Assembly (NCBI GenBank): GCA_964016885.1
Contig: OZ024744.1
Location: forward strand, 25,854,001 to 25,918,000
DNA: 64,000 nucleotides
Direction of reading: 5' to 3'
Source: Eledone cirrhosa
Taxonomy: Eukaryota
Both the position numbers and the translations under genes were made by a program. Positions 12,721 through 27,000 of this stretch are shown here, piece after piece. How positions within the stretch are numbered: the first letter of the stretch is position 1; every line of letters begins with the position of its first letter. Below the pieces are notes generated by a model. That model was not told the DNA's origin. It saw nothing but the letters and a program-made list of their open reading frames with translations, and did not search any database.

Positions 12721-13059
12721 TAAAACACAAAAAGCTTCAACTTTACAATTCTGAAATATTGAGAATTTCAGTTGAGACAACCACATCTCAGTGGAATACT
12801 ATCACGTGTTGCCTGAAGAAAATAAAATCTTGTAATAATTTAGCGGAAAATGATCTAAAAACAAATTAATTAATTTAAATATTTATACTATCTTTATTAG
12901 TGAACAGATCACTGTGAAAAATTAAAGTATTAGACTAAACAGATGCAGTCATAGTGATGTTTTGTATTTTTCAAAAATGTCTTGCTAGTGTGGTTTCATG
13001 TGTTACAGGACATTAATTGTTAAAACTAAATGTCTTGCTAGTGGTACAGGACATTAATC

Positions 13060-13730
13060 ACTAAATGTGCAGTCCTATAGCTCCAACCGAATACCTACAC
13101 AGGCACGACAGAGCTGCACAATACATACATTAGTTAATGTGTAAGCATTTTGACCTGCCCACATCAAAAGAATTGGTGGGAGCATCAACCACCTCTCAAT
13201 CACATTAATCACATCTTAATCCTGTGGAACTTTAGCATCCAAACAGACCGAAAAATAGATGCAAATAGACCTGATATAATACTGAAGGACTTTAAAAAGA
13301 GGGTATGCCTGCTAATTGATATATCCTTCCAATAGACAAGAATGTATCTAAAATATCATTTGAAAAATTGAGCAAGTATAAGGACCTGGAGATAGAAATT
13401 GGAAAAATGTGGAAGTTGAGAACTAAATCAATACCAGTGGTTGTAGGCGCTCTAGGAATGATACCTAAGGGGTCTTATGATTACTTATCGCAAATCGCAG
13501 GAAACGCGCGTATAGAAGAAATACAAAACATAGTACTAATGGGAACTGTCCATATAAGGAAGATTATGTCAATATAAGTACATCACAAGTCTAAACACCT
13601 AAAGATACATGTATGTGTATGTATGTTCTTTCTTGAACATGGCGGACCTTGTTGTCTCTTGAGGTCACTCGTTGTGACTTGGTGATCACTCGTATGAACA
13701 TAAAGCAAGATAAATGAAATGATAATGATG
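13060..13730 (+). mobile_element. R4/Dong-like (REL endonuclease) LINE 3' fragment
   Basis: YLHRHD, ILWNFSIQTDRKIDANRPDII, KYKDLEIEIGKMWK, PVVVGALG. Confidence 0.88.
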
Positions 13731-13734
13731 AAAA

Positions 13735-14560
13735 TGATTTCTTCATGAAACACAAGGGTTTACATAAAGGAAAACATTAAGGACGGTACAAGACAATGTA
13801 CATATGGGTTTCTGTGTGTATAAAAAGACACAATAACAATAACAAAAGATGTAACAAAAAATAAAAACCAAAACAAGGTTACTCAGAAAAGCTACAGTCA
13901 CCCTAACTGCTAGGGCAAGTACCCTCTCCCAGTTGTCCAGCCTCAGTACTACAGGCCAGGCTCAGGAACACGGGCTATTGTTGCCTCTCTCACCCACCTT
14001 TCAACAAAGTGGTTGGAAAGCAGCACTTCCCTCTCCACCTGATTTTCCTTTCCGGGTGATACATGAAAAAGTGAATGAGAGCATCACCGAAGAAGAAAGT
14101 ACTTGTCTTCAACCTTTTCAGACACGTCCACCATACGACCTCTTCCACCACGGCCACCAGGCAGATAAAAACTGCCTGCCTTTCCTGGTTAAAGGAGGGC
14201 GGTGGGGATAATCTTCAAGATGGACTCAGCTGATAACCGGATCCGTCCTACACACGACAGCAGATATTCGACATAAACCCACATAAATCAGTGATACTTG
14301 GACACTGAACGACGAGGTGCAGGATGGTCTCGTCTACCCACTTGCATCTCGGAGAGGCCCGGCTGACGGCTCCCCAGTAGCATGTGCAGACCAGGGATTT
14401 CTGGATGTTAACCCTTGGCCCTGGACCGACATCTAGAGATTCACCTAGGACGTCGGCGTTCTTGCCCTCCACCAACCCCCCATAGAAGGCCAAGGTAGAG
14501 TTTCCAACGATCGCAATGCCCTATCGGCAAAGGGTAGTGAGCGCTTGGAGACATTCCAGT
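13735..14560 (-). mobile_element. Diverged Tx1-family LINE 3' fragment
   Basis: CCTTTTCAGACACGTCCACCATACGACCTC is homologous to 7212 and 30314; PRCKWVDETILHLVVQCP. Confidence 0.8.
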
Positions 14561-14569
14561 TTCCATAAT

Positions 14570-14760
14570 AATAATTGTTTCTACTTTTTTGGTACAAGGC
14601 CAGCAATCACCCAGTGTATTACTGGTACTCTATTTTATCGACCCCGTAAGGATGAAAGGCAAAGTTAACCTCGGCGGGATTTGAACTCAGAATGGCAAGG
14701 GCCGTAACTCTATGCGTCAAAGCATGGCATCCGACCCTCTACCGATACTGCCAATCCACA
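14570..14760 (-). mobile_element. tRNA-derived SINE family 1
   Basis: Reverse complement of the 4808-4987 consensus. Confidence 0.9.
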
Positions 14761-14779
14761 ACAATAAGCCACATAATAA

Positions 14780-15260
14780 GTGAATGCTCCAAACTTTATC
14801 AAAGAGAATACAAGAGGAGCACGACAACATAGCATACTTCGTTCAACGGAAGCTTTTGGGGGAATATTTCCCTGAGAGATCTATTAAATGGTATGAACAT
14901 CCCAAAGAGTGAGGTTTAAATATTGTGGGAATATGATTGAATCAAAGAAGTCAGAAATAGTAATTATCAACACGAAAATTAAACATAGTATTTTAATTCC
15001 TGGTGACAACAGAGTGGATGAAATAGAGGGGAAGAACATACATATATTTGGGGATTGGAAAGGGGAAGTTGTCACGTTATAGCAAGTGAAATAAGTTGAA
15101 ATCGTGCCTGTAGTATTAGAGGACTTGGAACGATTTCAAATAAATTAGGGGATTGGATTGGCTTGGGAAGCTCGGGATAGAAATAAAAACATACATATTA
15201 CATTAAAAACCTTGTTAGGAACAACAAGAATTTAGGGAAAAGTCTTAGAAACTTAAATTT
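14780..15260 (+). mobile_element. Highly decayed R4/Dong-like LINE 3' fragment
   Basis: EYKR.HDNIA-like start, IVPVVLGGLGT-like and LLGTTRI..KVLE-like end across frameshifts. Confidence 0.6.
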
Positions 15261-15294
15261 GAAGGAAGATTTGGAATAACTGGTGATTTCTTAT

Positions 15295-16217
15295 GAGAAT
15301 TATTGTTTCCGGAGATATAAGGTATTGCCAACATTATTTGGGCAATGTTGATGGAATATTTTCCATATCATGCAGATAATGTAGCGCTCACTGCGACGTT
15401 GGAGAGAATAAGGGTTGAGCTTTTCTAGTCGACTCCAATAGCCTGTCATGCCATCTCTCTTTTTTATAATTTATCTTTGAGGTGCTTCAACTTTCATAAC
15501 ACTTTGTTTCGTGTGGGAAGATCACAGTGTGGTCGGGCAAAAGTGGAGTAGAGAAGAATAACAGTGTGGATATCTCTCGACTGGAAAGGTCTCAGAATCC
15601 AGGAACACATTCTATGAGCCATGTCAACTTTGCTGTTTATATGAGTGACCCAGCAGCTTATGCGGTTGTCCTCAATTACTCACAGGTCTCTGATGTTGTT
15701 GGATGCCATGAGAGTTTCACCTGAAGGAAGGGAGTATGGGAGTTTCAGGACATCCTCTTTTCCAAAGTGGATTAACTCAAATTTATCCTCGTACAGCAAC
15801 ATATTGTTCTTTTCCGCCCATTGGATAACAGCCAGTAGGTCTGGCTGAAGGCATGTCCAGTTACTCACTCCATTGATGACCTTCTGGAGCTTGGAATCAT
15901 CTGCAAATATTCTTATGTTGCTGTGCTTGATAATGTCGGTAATGTCATTTATATAAATGATCAAAAGAAGTGGGCCCAACACAGTGCCTTGTAGAACGCC
16001 ACTACTGACTTTGGGTGGGCTAAATTGTATTACTTTGACTACATGTTGGGCTCTGTCTGTCAGGAAACACTTGATCCACTGTAGTAACTTTCCAGAGACA
16101 CCAATGTTCGATAGATTTTTCAATAGAATCTTATGATCAACCCTGTCAAAGACCTTGCTGAAATTAAGGTAGATGACATCAGTGTTGGAGCCCACTCACA
16201 AAGCTCTCAAAATGTCA

Positions 16218-16218
<1 letters not shown>
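15295..16218 (-). mobile_element. CR1/Jockey-group LINE RT fragment
   Basis: DVIYLNFSKVFDRVDH, SGVLQGTVLGPLL, FADDSKL in ORF 15680-16195. Confidence 0.9.
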
Positions 16219-16298
<80 letters not shown>

Positions 16299-16302
16299 CA
16301 CA

Positions 16303-16361
<59 letters not shown>

Positions 16362-16410
16362 AGATGAAAAGATGGTTAAAAGAGTTCCATGTATTTTCTT
16401 ATGCGCATTT

Positions 16411-16993
<583 letters not shown>

Positions 16994-16994
16994 C

Positions 16995-17031
<37 letters not shown>

Positions 17032-17691
17032 GTGGTATTAGTATATATATATATACATAAATGTATGCACAAACGTACAAACACACATACGTACACATAC
17101 TCTCACAAATATAAGTATATACATTTGTATATATATATAAATATTCTATTTCCTAATTTTAAACCTGCTCACTGCTTCAAAACATACTTACTTGTCATAT
17201 ATATATATATATATAAATATAAAAGATATGGATATTCCAACAGGCACTAAGTACCTACAGACATATGCATGGTGTTTATAATAGTTGTGGTTCGATGGTA
17301 CTAATTTGAGATACCAGAACTATAAAAATGAGCGGAAAAAGTAATCATCAAACAATCTTTTAAATAAATTAACAAATGATTTAAATATTCACCTGTTCTA
17401 TTACCGTTACCGACGGTCTCACTAATCAAAAGATTGGAAATTCAGAGAATTTCCAATGGAAGGAATTAGATCTTCAGACAGCTATTTCCGTACTATAAGG
17501 GTATAAAGCCTCATAGTAAAATAAAATATCGCTTCCTTCCCGTTGCATTGGGTCAGGCCGTTTATAATATCCCGCTTTTACTTATGGACTATCTTTGTGT
17601 GTGGGTCATTTTAACGGTGTGGGTCATGCAACGGGCAGGAAGCGATATATTATCTTACTATGAGGCTTTATACCCTTATAGTACGGAAATA

Positions 17692-17771
17692 GCTGTCTGA
17701 AGATCTAATTCTTTCCATTGGAAATTCTCTGAATTTCCAATCTTTTGATTAGTGAGACCGTCGGTAACGGT
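17692..17771 (+). ncRNA. Type I HHR with extended stem II (GAAA->GAGA variant); mirror copy on minus strand at about 17403-17483
   Basis: GCTGT-CTGAAGA-T-CTAATT...ATTGGAAATTC/GAATTTCCAAT...GATTAG-T-GAGA-CC-gtc-GG-TA-ACGGT. Confidence 0.75.
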
Positions 17772-18157
17772 AATAGAACAGGTGAATATTTAAATCCTTT
17801 TTTAATTTATTTAAAAGATTGTTTGATAATTGCTTGCTCCCCTCATTTTTATAGTTCTGGTATCTCAAATTAGTACCATCGAACCACAACTATTATAAAC
17901 ACCATGCATATTTCTGTAGGTACTTAGTGCCTGTTGGAATATCCATACCCTTTTATAATTATTCTCCTTATATAGAGCACAAAACGTTGTATCGCGCTGC
18001 TATTTTTAGCCGCATGATCAACAAGTTTATAATATCCCGCTTTTACTTATGGCCTATTTTTGTGTGTGGGTCATTTTAACGGCCTGACCCCATGCAACGG
18101 GAAGGAAGCGATATATTATCTTACTATGAGGCTTTATACCCTTATAGTACGGAAATA

Positions 18158-18237
18158 TCTGTCTGAAGATCTAATTCCTTCCATTGGAAATTCTCTGAAT
18201 TTCCAATCTTTTGAATAGGGAAACCGTCGGTAACGGT
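18158..18237 (+). ncRNA. Type I HHR, intact core
   Basis: CTGT-CTGAAGA-stem II-GAAA-CC-gtc-GG-TA-ACGG; predicted cut after 18232. Confidence 0.8.
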
Positions 18238-18310
18238 AATAGAACAGGTGAATATTTAAATCGTTTTTTAATTTATTTAAAAGATTGTTTGATGATTACT
18301 TGTTCCGCTC

Positions 18311-18357
<47 letters not shown>

Positions 18358-18361
<4 letters not shown>

Positions 18362-18636
18362 CTCTACGGTTCTTATATATTTGATATATATTTATCCTTA
18401 TCGAGCCCTCTTTAGATTTTAGTCTTCAAATTTATTATTATTACTATATATATATGTATTTATTAAAATAACAGATTAAAGTTTAAGCAAAGAATCGCTG
18501 CTTACAGTAGCGATTCTTTGCTTAAACTTTAATCTGTTATTTTAATAAATATTTGCTCTACGGTTCTTATATATCTGATATATATTTATCCTTATCGAGC
18601 CCTCTTTGATATTTTAGTCTTCAAATTTATTATTAT

Positions 18637-18645
<9 letters not shown>
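18358..18645 (+). mobile_element. (TA)n-embedded short repeat family C, two copies plus ~45-bp-arm palindrome (18457-18551)
   Basis: Same sequence at 27741-27905 (minus) and 50278-50410. Confidence 0.8.
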
Positions 18646-18675
<30 letters not shown>

Positions 18676-18679
<4 letters not shown>

Positions 18680-19500
18680 AAATTAAATTAAGTGTGTCAT
18701 GTGTGAGACATGCGCCATATCCACTGTAGAATAAATCTTCTCCCTTGTTGAAAATCCGAGAATTAACTAAATGACTTTACGGATTAATGGTGAAATATAT
18801 TTCTTTAATGAAATAAATACAAGGAAGATTAATCATTTTAAAAGGTAATATTTGAAGTTCTAGTTAAACTTTAATTAGTTACCTACCTAGCTATGTGTGC
18901 TTACACACTTTACAAATTATTGCCTGTGATTGTTTCATGTGATTATTTTATATATATATTTATGTCAATCAATTTCTAGTTGATATAAAATCCTCGGATC
19001 TATTCATTGGAATATTTGAGCTTATTTTACAGTGGATATGGCGCATGTCTCTTAGTCATGAAACCCTTAATTTAATTTTGGATATATATATATATACGGC
19101 CCCTTAATTGTAGAGCTAACTCAGTTGAAAGGACTGGGCTGCTATTTCTAGCTGTCGATAATCCTACTCATGCCACTGGGATGACGCTGGTACGATGTGT
19201 GTATTTAAAAAAAAAATGCAACACGTGCGACGGATCATTCGCAGTTTTGCATTTGCTGTGTAAACACAGATAGTTAAATATTCTCCCTTGTTGAAAATCC
19301 GGATTTGACTACAGTGATTTACGGATTAATAGTGAAATATATTTCTTTAATGAAATATATACAAGGAAGATTAATCATTCATTTTAAAAGGTAATATTTG
19401 AAGCTCTAGTTAAACTTTAATTAGTTACCTACCTAGCTATGTGTGATTACAGACTTTACAACATAACCACTGTGATTGCTTCATGTGTTTATTTTATAAC
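18676..19500 (+). mobile_element. HHR element family D: two direct copies plus inverted termini (18676-18734 / 19022-19080)
   Basis: 18738-18950 is similar to 19281-19498; each carries CCTTG-TTGAAAA...GAAATATATTTC/GAAATATAT-A-CAAGG. Confidence 0.75.
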
Positions 19501-20115
19501 TTCCCATTACAACACCGCTACCAGAACATAATTAACAAAAATACCACCAAACTCTCTTACAGCACTACACCAAACTTCGCACAAAACATCGTCTCCTCTA
19601 ACAACAAAAAACTCAACCCCGATGGCAGAAATAACCTAAATAGCAGTGGAGAACCGACCAGGAGGTGTAACTGCCCGGATAGATCTATTTGCCCACTCGA
19701 CAATAGATGCAGAGACCGTAATGTGATCTACCAGTGCAACGTGAGGACGGATACCTCCAACAAAGCCTATATAGGACTTACCGCATGTGACTTCAAGACC
19801 CGGCTATACCAACATAGACATACCTTCCGAAACCCGGCCCGGCGTCACGCCACTACACTTTCGGACCACATATGGGACCTCAAGGACAACAACATCACCT
19901 ATGATCTCACTTGGAGATTACTGTCCAGAGCCAATTCTTACACGGGAGGACGCCGTCCGTGCAATTTATGCTCGGAGGAAACTTTACAAATGCTGTTTTC
20001 GACGGACCAACTCCTAAACAAGAAAGATGAACTGGTTACTGCATGTAAGCATAGATTGCGTAGGACTTACCTCGCCCTCAAACCCCATAATGACCCGGGG
20101 GGGGGGGGGGGGTAG
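19500..20115 (+). pseudogene. PLE C-terminal Cys linker + GIY-YIG endonuclease (Nematis-like by inference)
   Basis: KLSYSTTPN, CNC....CPLDNRC, NVIYQC...YIGLT..FKTRLYQH, CNLCSEE, LLNKKDELVTACKH. Confidence 0.88.
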
Positions 20116-21220
20116 ACTAGGGCTATAACACCCCACTTGCCGATTTTGCAATGGGTAACCCCTGCTTGCCAAGGAAGACGTAAGATCTTCTTTGTATTCT
20201 TTTATCGCTTCCTTTATTTCCTTCCCCCCTCTCTCCTTAGTCCTTCCACCCCAGCTCTTCTCCTTTGTCGGCGTCTTTTCTCGCCCACCCGAGGCTGCCC
20301 TTTGGCCCCTTGTAGCCTTAGTACCCCCACCCCCTCCCCTAGTCTATGATAGATTTGGCGGACTCCGCCCTTTATAGCAGTTGGTTTAGACCCCAGATAC
20401 TTGCCCCCTTTTTCCGACCGCTCCCACTATTCTCTGTGCCCTCTATATTTCTTAGTGGCACTTATGCCTTATTTTTTCGTTTCAGTATTTCTTTCTTCGC
20501 TTTTCTTTTGGGCGGGGTGGATTCTGAATTTATTTTTCCGTATTCTACCTTTATTTCGTACGAACTTTCATGTAGCTTGTTTTAGATCTTTTAGAGTTAG
20601 CATTAGTATATATTTTTCTCGGGACTCAGAATTATTATCTCGTACAAGTTCACTTTGCTGCACTGGGTGGTTGCTGGCATTGTGCCTGGGATGGAAACCT
20701 TTATTGTTTATTTCGTGGTAGTCTCTTTAGTATGTTGGCCCCTTTTGTTGACCCGTCACCGTATCATTTACGTACTTATACCTCTTAAAAGGGTCCTTGC
20801 CTAATCCGTCCCACCTAGTTCTTTTACTTATTTCGTTATTTCTTTATTTCTTTCTTTACTTCTTTCTTTCTTTCTTTATTTTATTCTAGCCTAACAATAG
20901 CTAGAGACCTAGGTCGTAGAATTTAATTTACTTTACTTTTTTCTTTACACTTATTTGCTTTTCTTCACTCTCAGTATTTTTTCTTTCCTATATATTTCTA
21001 CCCCCCATTGTTCTACCTACCGTTCCGACTTCCCCCCCCTCCCCTGTATCTTCTTTGACCTCATGCCCAGCTGTAGCTGGCACTACCAACGCTTGATTGG
21101 GTCTACTCCACCCCCCCCCTCTTTCTCCTACTGGCAAGTTTAGCCACCATCTCCCCTACTAATTTGCAACCACAGAATTACTACTGATTTTTGACAATCA
21201 CTTTGACCATATATGGAATT

Positions 21221-21314
21221 ACCCCTTGAGAAGATCGGCTATTTAAATACCAGGATACATTTTCATTTAGTCCAGAATTAGCCGTCGAAACGGCTTGAGC
21301 TCAGCTGTCGGGGT
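21221..21314 (+). ncRNA. Type I HHR with U3-A8 covariant core
   Basis: ACCCC-TTGAGAA-GA(T)CGGCTA...TAGCCGTC-GAAA-CGGC-ttgagctca-GCTG-TC-GGGGT; GUC triplet, predicted cut after 21309. Confidence 0.8.
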
Positions 21315-21379
21315 CTTACTGGTTCCTATATATATATATATATATATTTTATATATATATGTCAATCAATTTCTAGTTG

Positions 21380-21410
<31 letters not shown>

Positions 21411-21987
21411 AATGAAAAGTATAGAAATTATTGTGAGCATGAAGCCAACAGTATTTCATAATATATAAGTGACTATAGCGTCAAAATGGAAAAATAGTTA
21501 ACGTAAGATGTGGGAAAATAATTCAAACTCAATTCAAAAAGAATCAGGATATAGATTCATCCACAGAATTTAGTGAAATCCACGGAAAAATCAATAGAGC
21601 CTTAACTCAGAATAAAATAAAGTTTTAAATACTCATCCTTCAATTTGGAAAAACTACAAATGCTCTGTAAAGTCTTAAAAAAGACTATTTCACGAAACTT
21701 TCAGTGGGGATTGTCACAGTTGTAATCGATCATCAGCAGAGCTCAAAGACACGATAATCAAAGTACCACTGTTTATAATATGTCAAAAAGGGAATTTAAA
21801 ATCAGGCTAGTTCAACATCATGCGTAATTATGAAGATAAACGCAAATGTAGAGACAGGGCTGGTGACGTCATATGTATATATATATATGAACAAATTCAG
21901 ACGGCTGAGATCCGCCGCCTCTAGTACTCTGGTGCGTTATGGTCCACCTGGTATCTTACTACACCTTCTTTGTTGTATATATATACC

Positions 21988-22288
<301 letters not shown>

Positions 22289-22479
22289 TTACCAAAGAGA
22301 AATATTGACAGACAGTGACAGATACATAGATATAGTTATTACCGGCAGTTAAAGAGAAGAATTAGACAAACAAACAGACAAGAAATTATTCTTTCAGCTA
22401 ATTTATTTATTTATCTATTAATTTATTTCTTTTGTTATTCATTTATTTTAAACCACTGCTAACGTTACACCAGTCACCC

Positions 22480-23150
22480 TCACACACATAAATACATGCT
22501 CACACACACAACATATACACGCATACGTATACCACACACACATACATAGACTCATACAAACATACACTCACATACATACCAACAATTACACATACACACA
22601 CACACATACATTCACAAACACATACAAACATACGCACAGTTTCATACGCATAAACATAAGTATACCCACATACACAGCTACATACGCACACACACACATT
22701 CACATACTCATAGGCACATACACACGCGGCTACATTCACATACACAGAAACATGCACACACACATATACACTCATACACATACACACGCAAATATACCCA
22801 CAGACACACACACTTCTCAATGCTGTTTCAATACAATTCGGAAACCAAATTTGTCTGAGAGCCATATTTAGAGAAATTAAGATATAATGCAAATATATGG
22901 TCGCCATTTTGTTTGTGTCAGTGTACCCGTGTGCGTGTGTGTGTGTGTATTTGTCTGTGTGTATTAATGCGTATGTTTGTATGTCTGCGTTCGTTTGTGT
23001 GCGTGGCTATATGTGTGTGTGGGAGTGTCTGTCTGAATTTGCGTGCCTCTGTGAGCGTATGTGTGTGTGTGGTTAGGTTTATGTGTGACTGTGCGATATG
23101 TGTATGTGTTTGTGTGCGTGTGTTTCTAGCGTTTGTGTGAGTGTGTACAT
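22480..23150. repeat. Degenerate (CA)n block facing a degenerate (TG)n block
   Basis: CA-rich 22480-22812, TG-rich 22912-23148. Confidence 0.85.
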
Positions 23151-23663
23151 GTGGGATGGTTGAGGTGTATAGCTGTCAATTTTCAATTTGTCTGTAAAAC
23201 CACATATTAACCGTGCGTTCCACTTGACATAACAAGTCACTTTAATTGTTCGCTGCTCATAATCTAGTAGTTACCTGTTCTAACAATAATAAAACTCTAC
23301 TTTTTAAAAATCAATTTCGAATTCAGAGTTGTGTCCCTTGAGTTCTTTCAAAAGATGTGTCACTATCACTATCACTATATATTTTTTTATTTTCTTTTGC
23401 GTATGTGATTTTGATTTTTATTCATTTCAAATGTAATATTAATGGTAAAAGAAAACAAAAAGAGATATTGTTTTTGTGTTGGGAGGAGAAGGTCAGAGAC
23501 ACTACATGGAATATGTCAACTCCCCCCACTTAAACTTATCTCCTCCTAGATTATCTTTCAAAGGAAATATGTCCGACATATCAACGCATACTAACCGAAA
23601 CATTCACTCCATTAATAAATCTTAATGATGATGGAAAGATAGAGACGGTCATTAGGTTATTAA

Positions 23664-23771
23664 ATGATGGTGATGATAATGATAATGATGATGATGATAA
23701 CGATAAAGATGGCGATGGTAATGATAACAAGTAATATGATAATAATTATTATTATGATGATGATGATAATA

Positions 23772-23820
<49 letters not shown>

Positions 23821-23930
23821 CGGTGGTGATGACAATGATGATGATGATGATAATGATTATGGTCATAATGATGATGATGAAGATGATGATGATGATGCTA
23901 ATCAAGAGGAAGAAGATGGCGATGATGAAG
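23664..23930. repeat. (ATG/ATA)n trinucleotide microsatellite
   Basis: Direct inspection. Confidence 0.95.
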
Positions 23931-24076
23931 GGGTGGGGAAGATAGGTGACATGTTACTGCTAATCGTTTTCTCTATTTACCAAGAGAAGAACAAAGACTA
24001 GATTTTCTTTAACTTATGTTTTTTTTAAATTTCTTTTATTTTTTGTTTATTTCGTGTAGTTTATAGGGTTAAAGTG

Positions 24077-27000
24077 AGCCCTGGGTGGCTGATATCAGCC
24101 CAGGGTGGCTGATGTCAGCCCAGGGTGGCTGATGTCAGCACTGGGTGCCTGATGTCAGCACTGGGTGGCTGATGTCAGCCCAGGGTGGCTGATGTCAGCC
24201 CAGGGTGGCTGATGTCAGCCCAGGGTGGCTGATGTCAGCACTGGGTGCCTGATGTCAGCACTGGGTGGCTGATGTCAGCCCAGGGTGGCTGATGTCAGCA
24301 CTGGGTGCCTGATGTCAGCACTGGGTGGCTGATGTCAGCCCAGGGTGGCTGATGTCAGCACTAGGTGGCTGATGTCAGCACTGGTTGGCTGATGTCAGCA
24401 CTGGGTGGCTGATGTCAGCCCAGGGTGGCTGATGTCAGCACTGGTTGGCTGATGTCAGCCCAGGGTGGCTGATGTCAGCACTGGTTGGCTGATGTCAGCA
24501 CTGGGTGGCTGATGTCAGCACTGGGTGGCTGATGTCAGCCCAGGGTGGCTGATGTCAGCACTGGTTGGCTGATGTCAGCACTGGGTGGCTGATGTCAGCA
24601 CTGGGTGGCTGATGTCAGCCCAGGGTGGCTGATGTCAGCACTGGGTGGCTGATGTCCTGATGTCAGCACTGGGTGGCTGATGTCAGCACTGGGTGGCTGA
24701 TGTCAGCACTGGGTGGCTGATGTCAGCCCAGGGTGGCTGATGTCAGCACTGGTTGGCTGATGTCAGCACTGGGTGGCTGATGTCAGCACTGGGTGGCTGA
24801 TGTCAGCCCAGGGTGGCTGATGTCAGCACTGGGTGGCTGATGTCAGCCCAGGGTGGCTGATGTCAGCACTGGTTGGCTGATGTCAGCACTGGGTGGCTGA
24901 TGTCAGCACTGGGTGGCTGATGTCAGCCCAGGGTGGCTGATGTCAGCACTGGTTGGCTGATGTCAGCACTGGGTGGCTGATGTCAGCACTGGGTGGCTGA
25001 TGTCAGCCCAGGGTGGCTGATGTCAGCACTGGGTGGCTGATGTCAGCCCAGGGTGGCTGATGTCAGCACTGGGTGGCTGATGTCAGCACTGGTTGGCTGA
25101 TGTCAGCCCAGGGTGGCTGATGTCAGCACTGGGTGGCTGATGTCCTGATGTCCGCACTGGGTGGCTGATGTCAGCACTGGGTGGCTGATGTCAGCACTGG
25201 GTGGCTGATGTCAGCACTGGGTGGCTGATGTCAGCCCAGGGTGGCTGATGTCAGCACTGGGTGGCTGATGTCAGCCCAGGGTGGCTGATGTCAGCACTGG
25301 GTGGCTGATGTCAGCACTGGTTGGCTGATGTCAGCCCAGGGTGGCTGATGTCAGCACTGGGTGGCTGATGTCCTGATGTCCGCACTGGGTGGCTGATGTC
25401 AGCACTGGGTGGCTGATGTCAGCCCAGGGTGGCTGATGTCAGCACTGGGTGGCTGATGTCAGCACTGGGTGGCTAATGTCAGCACTGGGTGGCTGATGTC
25501 AGCACTGGGTGGCTGATGTCAGCACTGGGTGGCTGATGTCCTGATGTCAGCACTGGGTGGCTGATGTCAGCCCAGGGTGGCTGATGTCAGCACTGGGTGG
25601 CTGATGTCCTGATGTCCGCACTGGGTGGCTGATGTCAGCACTGGGTGGCTGATGTCAGCACTGGGTGGCTGATGTCAGCACTGGGTGGCTGATGTCAGCA
25701 CTGGGTGGCTGATGTCAGCACTGGGTGGCTGATGTCAGCACAGGGTGGCTGATGTCAGCACTGGGTGGCTGATGTCAGCACTGGGTGGCTGATGTCAGCA
25801 CTGGGTGGCTGATGTCAGCACTGGGTGGCTGATGTCAGCACTGGGTGGCTGATGTCAGCACTGGGTGGCTGATGTCAGCACTGGGTGGCTAATGTCAGCA
25901 CTGGGTGGCTGATGTCAGCACTGGGTGGCTGATGTCAGCACTGGGTGGCTAATGTCAGCACTGGGTGGCTGATGTCAGCCCAGGGTGGCTGATGTCAGCA
26001 CTGGGTGGCTGATGTCCTGATGTCCGCACTGGGTGGCTGATGTCAGCACTGGGTGGCTGATGTCAGCACTGGGTGGCTGATGTCAGCACTGGGTGGCTGA
26101 TGTCAGCACTGGGTGGCTAATGTCAGCACTGGGTGGCTGATGTCAGCCCAGGGTGGCTGATGTCAGCACTGGGTGGCTGATGTCCTGATGTCCGCACTGG
26201 GTGGCTGATGTCAGCACTGGGTGGCTGATGTCAGCACTGGGTGGCTGATGTCAGCACTGGGTGGCTGATGTCCTGATGTCCGCACTGGGTGGCTGATGTC
26301 AGCACTGGGTGGCTGATGTCAGCACTGGGTGGCTGATGTCAGCACTGGGTGGCTGATGTCAGCACTGGGTGGCTGATGTCAGCACTGGGTGGCTAATGTC
26401 AGCACTGGGTGGCTGATGTCAGCCCAGGGTGGCTAATGTCAGCACTGGGTGGCTGATGTCCTGATGTCCGCACTGGGTGGCTGATGTCAGCACTGGGTGG
26501 CTGATGTCAGCACTGGGTGGCTGATGTCAGCACTGGGTGGCTGATGTCAGCACTGGGTGGCTGATGTCAGCACTGGGTGGCTGATGTCAGCACAGGGTGG
26601 CTGATGTCAGCACTGGGTGGCTGATGTCAGCACTGGGTGGCTGATGTCCTGATGTCCGCACTGGGTGGCTGATGTCAGCACTGGGTGGCTGATGTCAGCA
26701 CTGGGTGGCTGATGTCCTGATGTCCGCACTGGGTGGCTGATGTCAGCACTGGGTGGCTGATGTCCGCACTGGGTGGCTGATGTCAGCACTGGGTGGCTGA
26801 TGTCAGCACTGGGTGGCTGATGTCCTGATGTCAGCACTGGGTGGCTGATGTCAGCACAGGGTGGCTGATGTCAGCACTGGGTGGCTGATGTCAGCACTGG
26901 GTGGCTGATGTCAGCACTGGGTGGCTGATGTCCTGATGTCCGCACTGGGTGGCTGATGTCAGCACTGGGTGGCTGATGTCAGCACTGGGTGGCTGATGTC

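Larger units (their letters stand above)
17218..18315 (+). mobile_element. Retrozyme-like element: ~345-bp inverted copy plus 1.6 tandem copies of a 466-bp HHR unit, in (TA)n
   Basis: Unit start TTTATAATATCCCGC recurs near 17561 and 18026; 17218-17562 is the reverse complement of about 17610-17958. Confidence 0.85.
19500..21330 (+). mobile_element. 5'-truncated Penelope-like element (GIY-YIG endonuclease, long 3'UTR, terminal HHR)
   Basis: ORF 19483-20115; pyrimidine-rich 3'UTR; HHR at 21221-21314; ends in (TA)n. Confidence 0.88.

Noticed and set aside
18962-21385. 26-bp direct repeat as a target-site duplication
   Set aside because: Better explained as the shared tail of two family D copies, one interrupted by a PLE.
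21420-21830. Another GIY-YIG remnant (MSKREFKIRLVQH)
   Set aside because: Only one short motif is readable; too decayed to call without a search.
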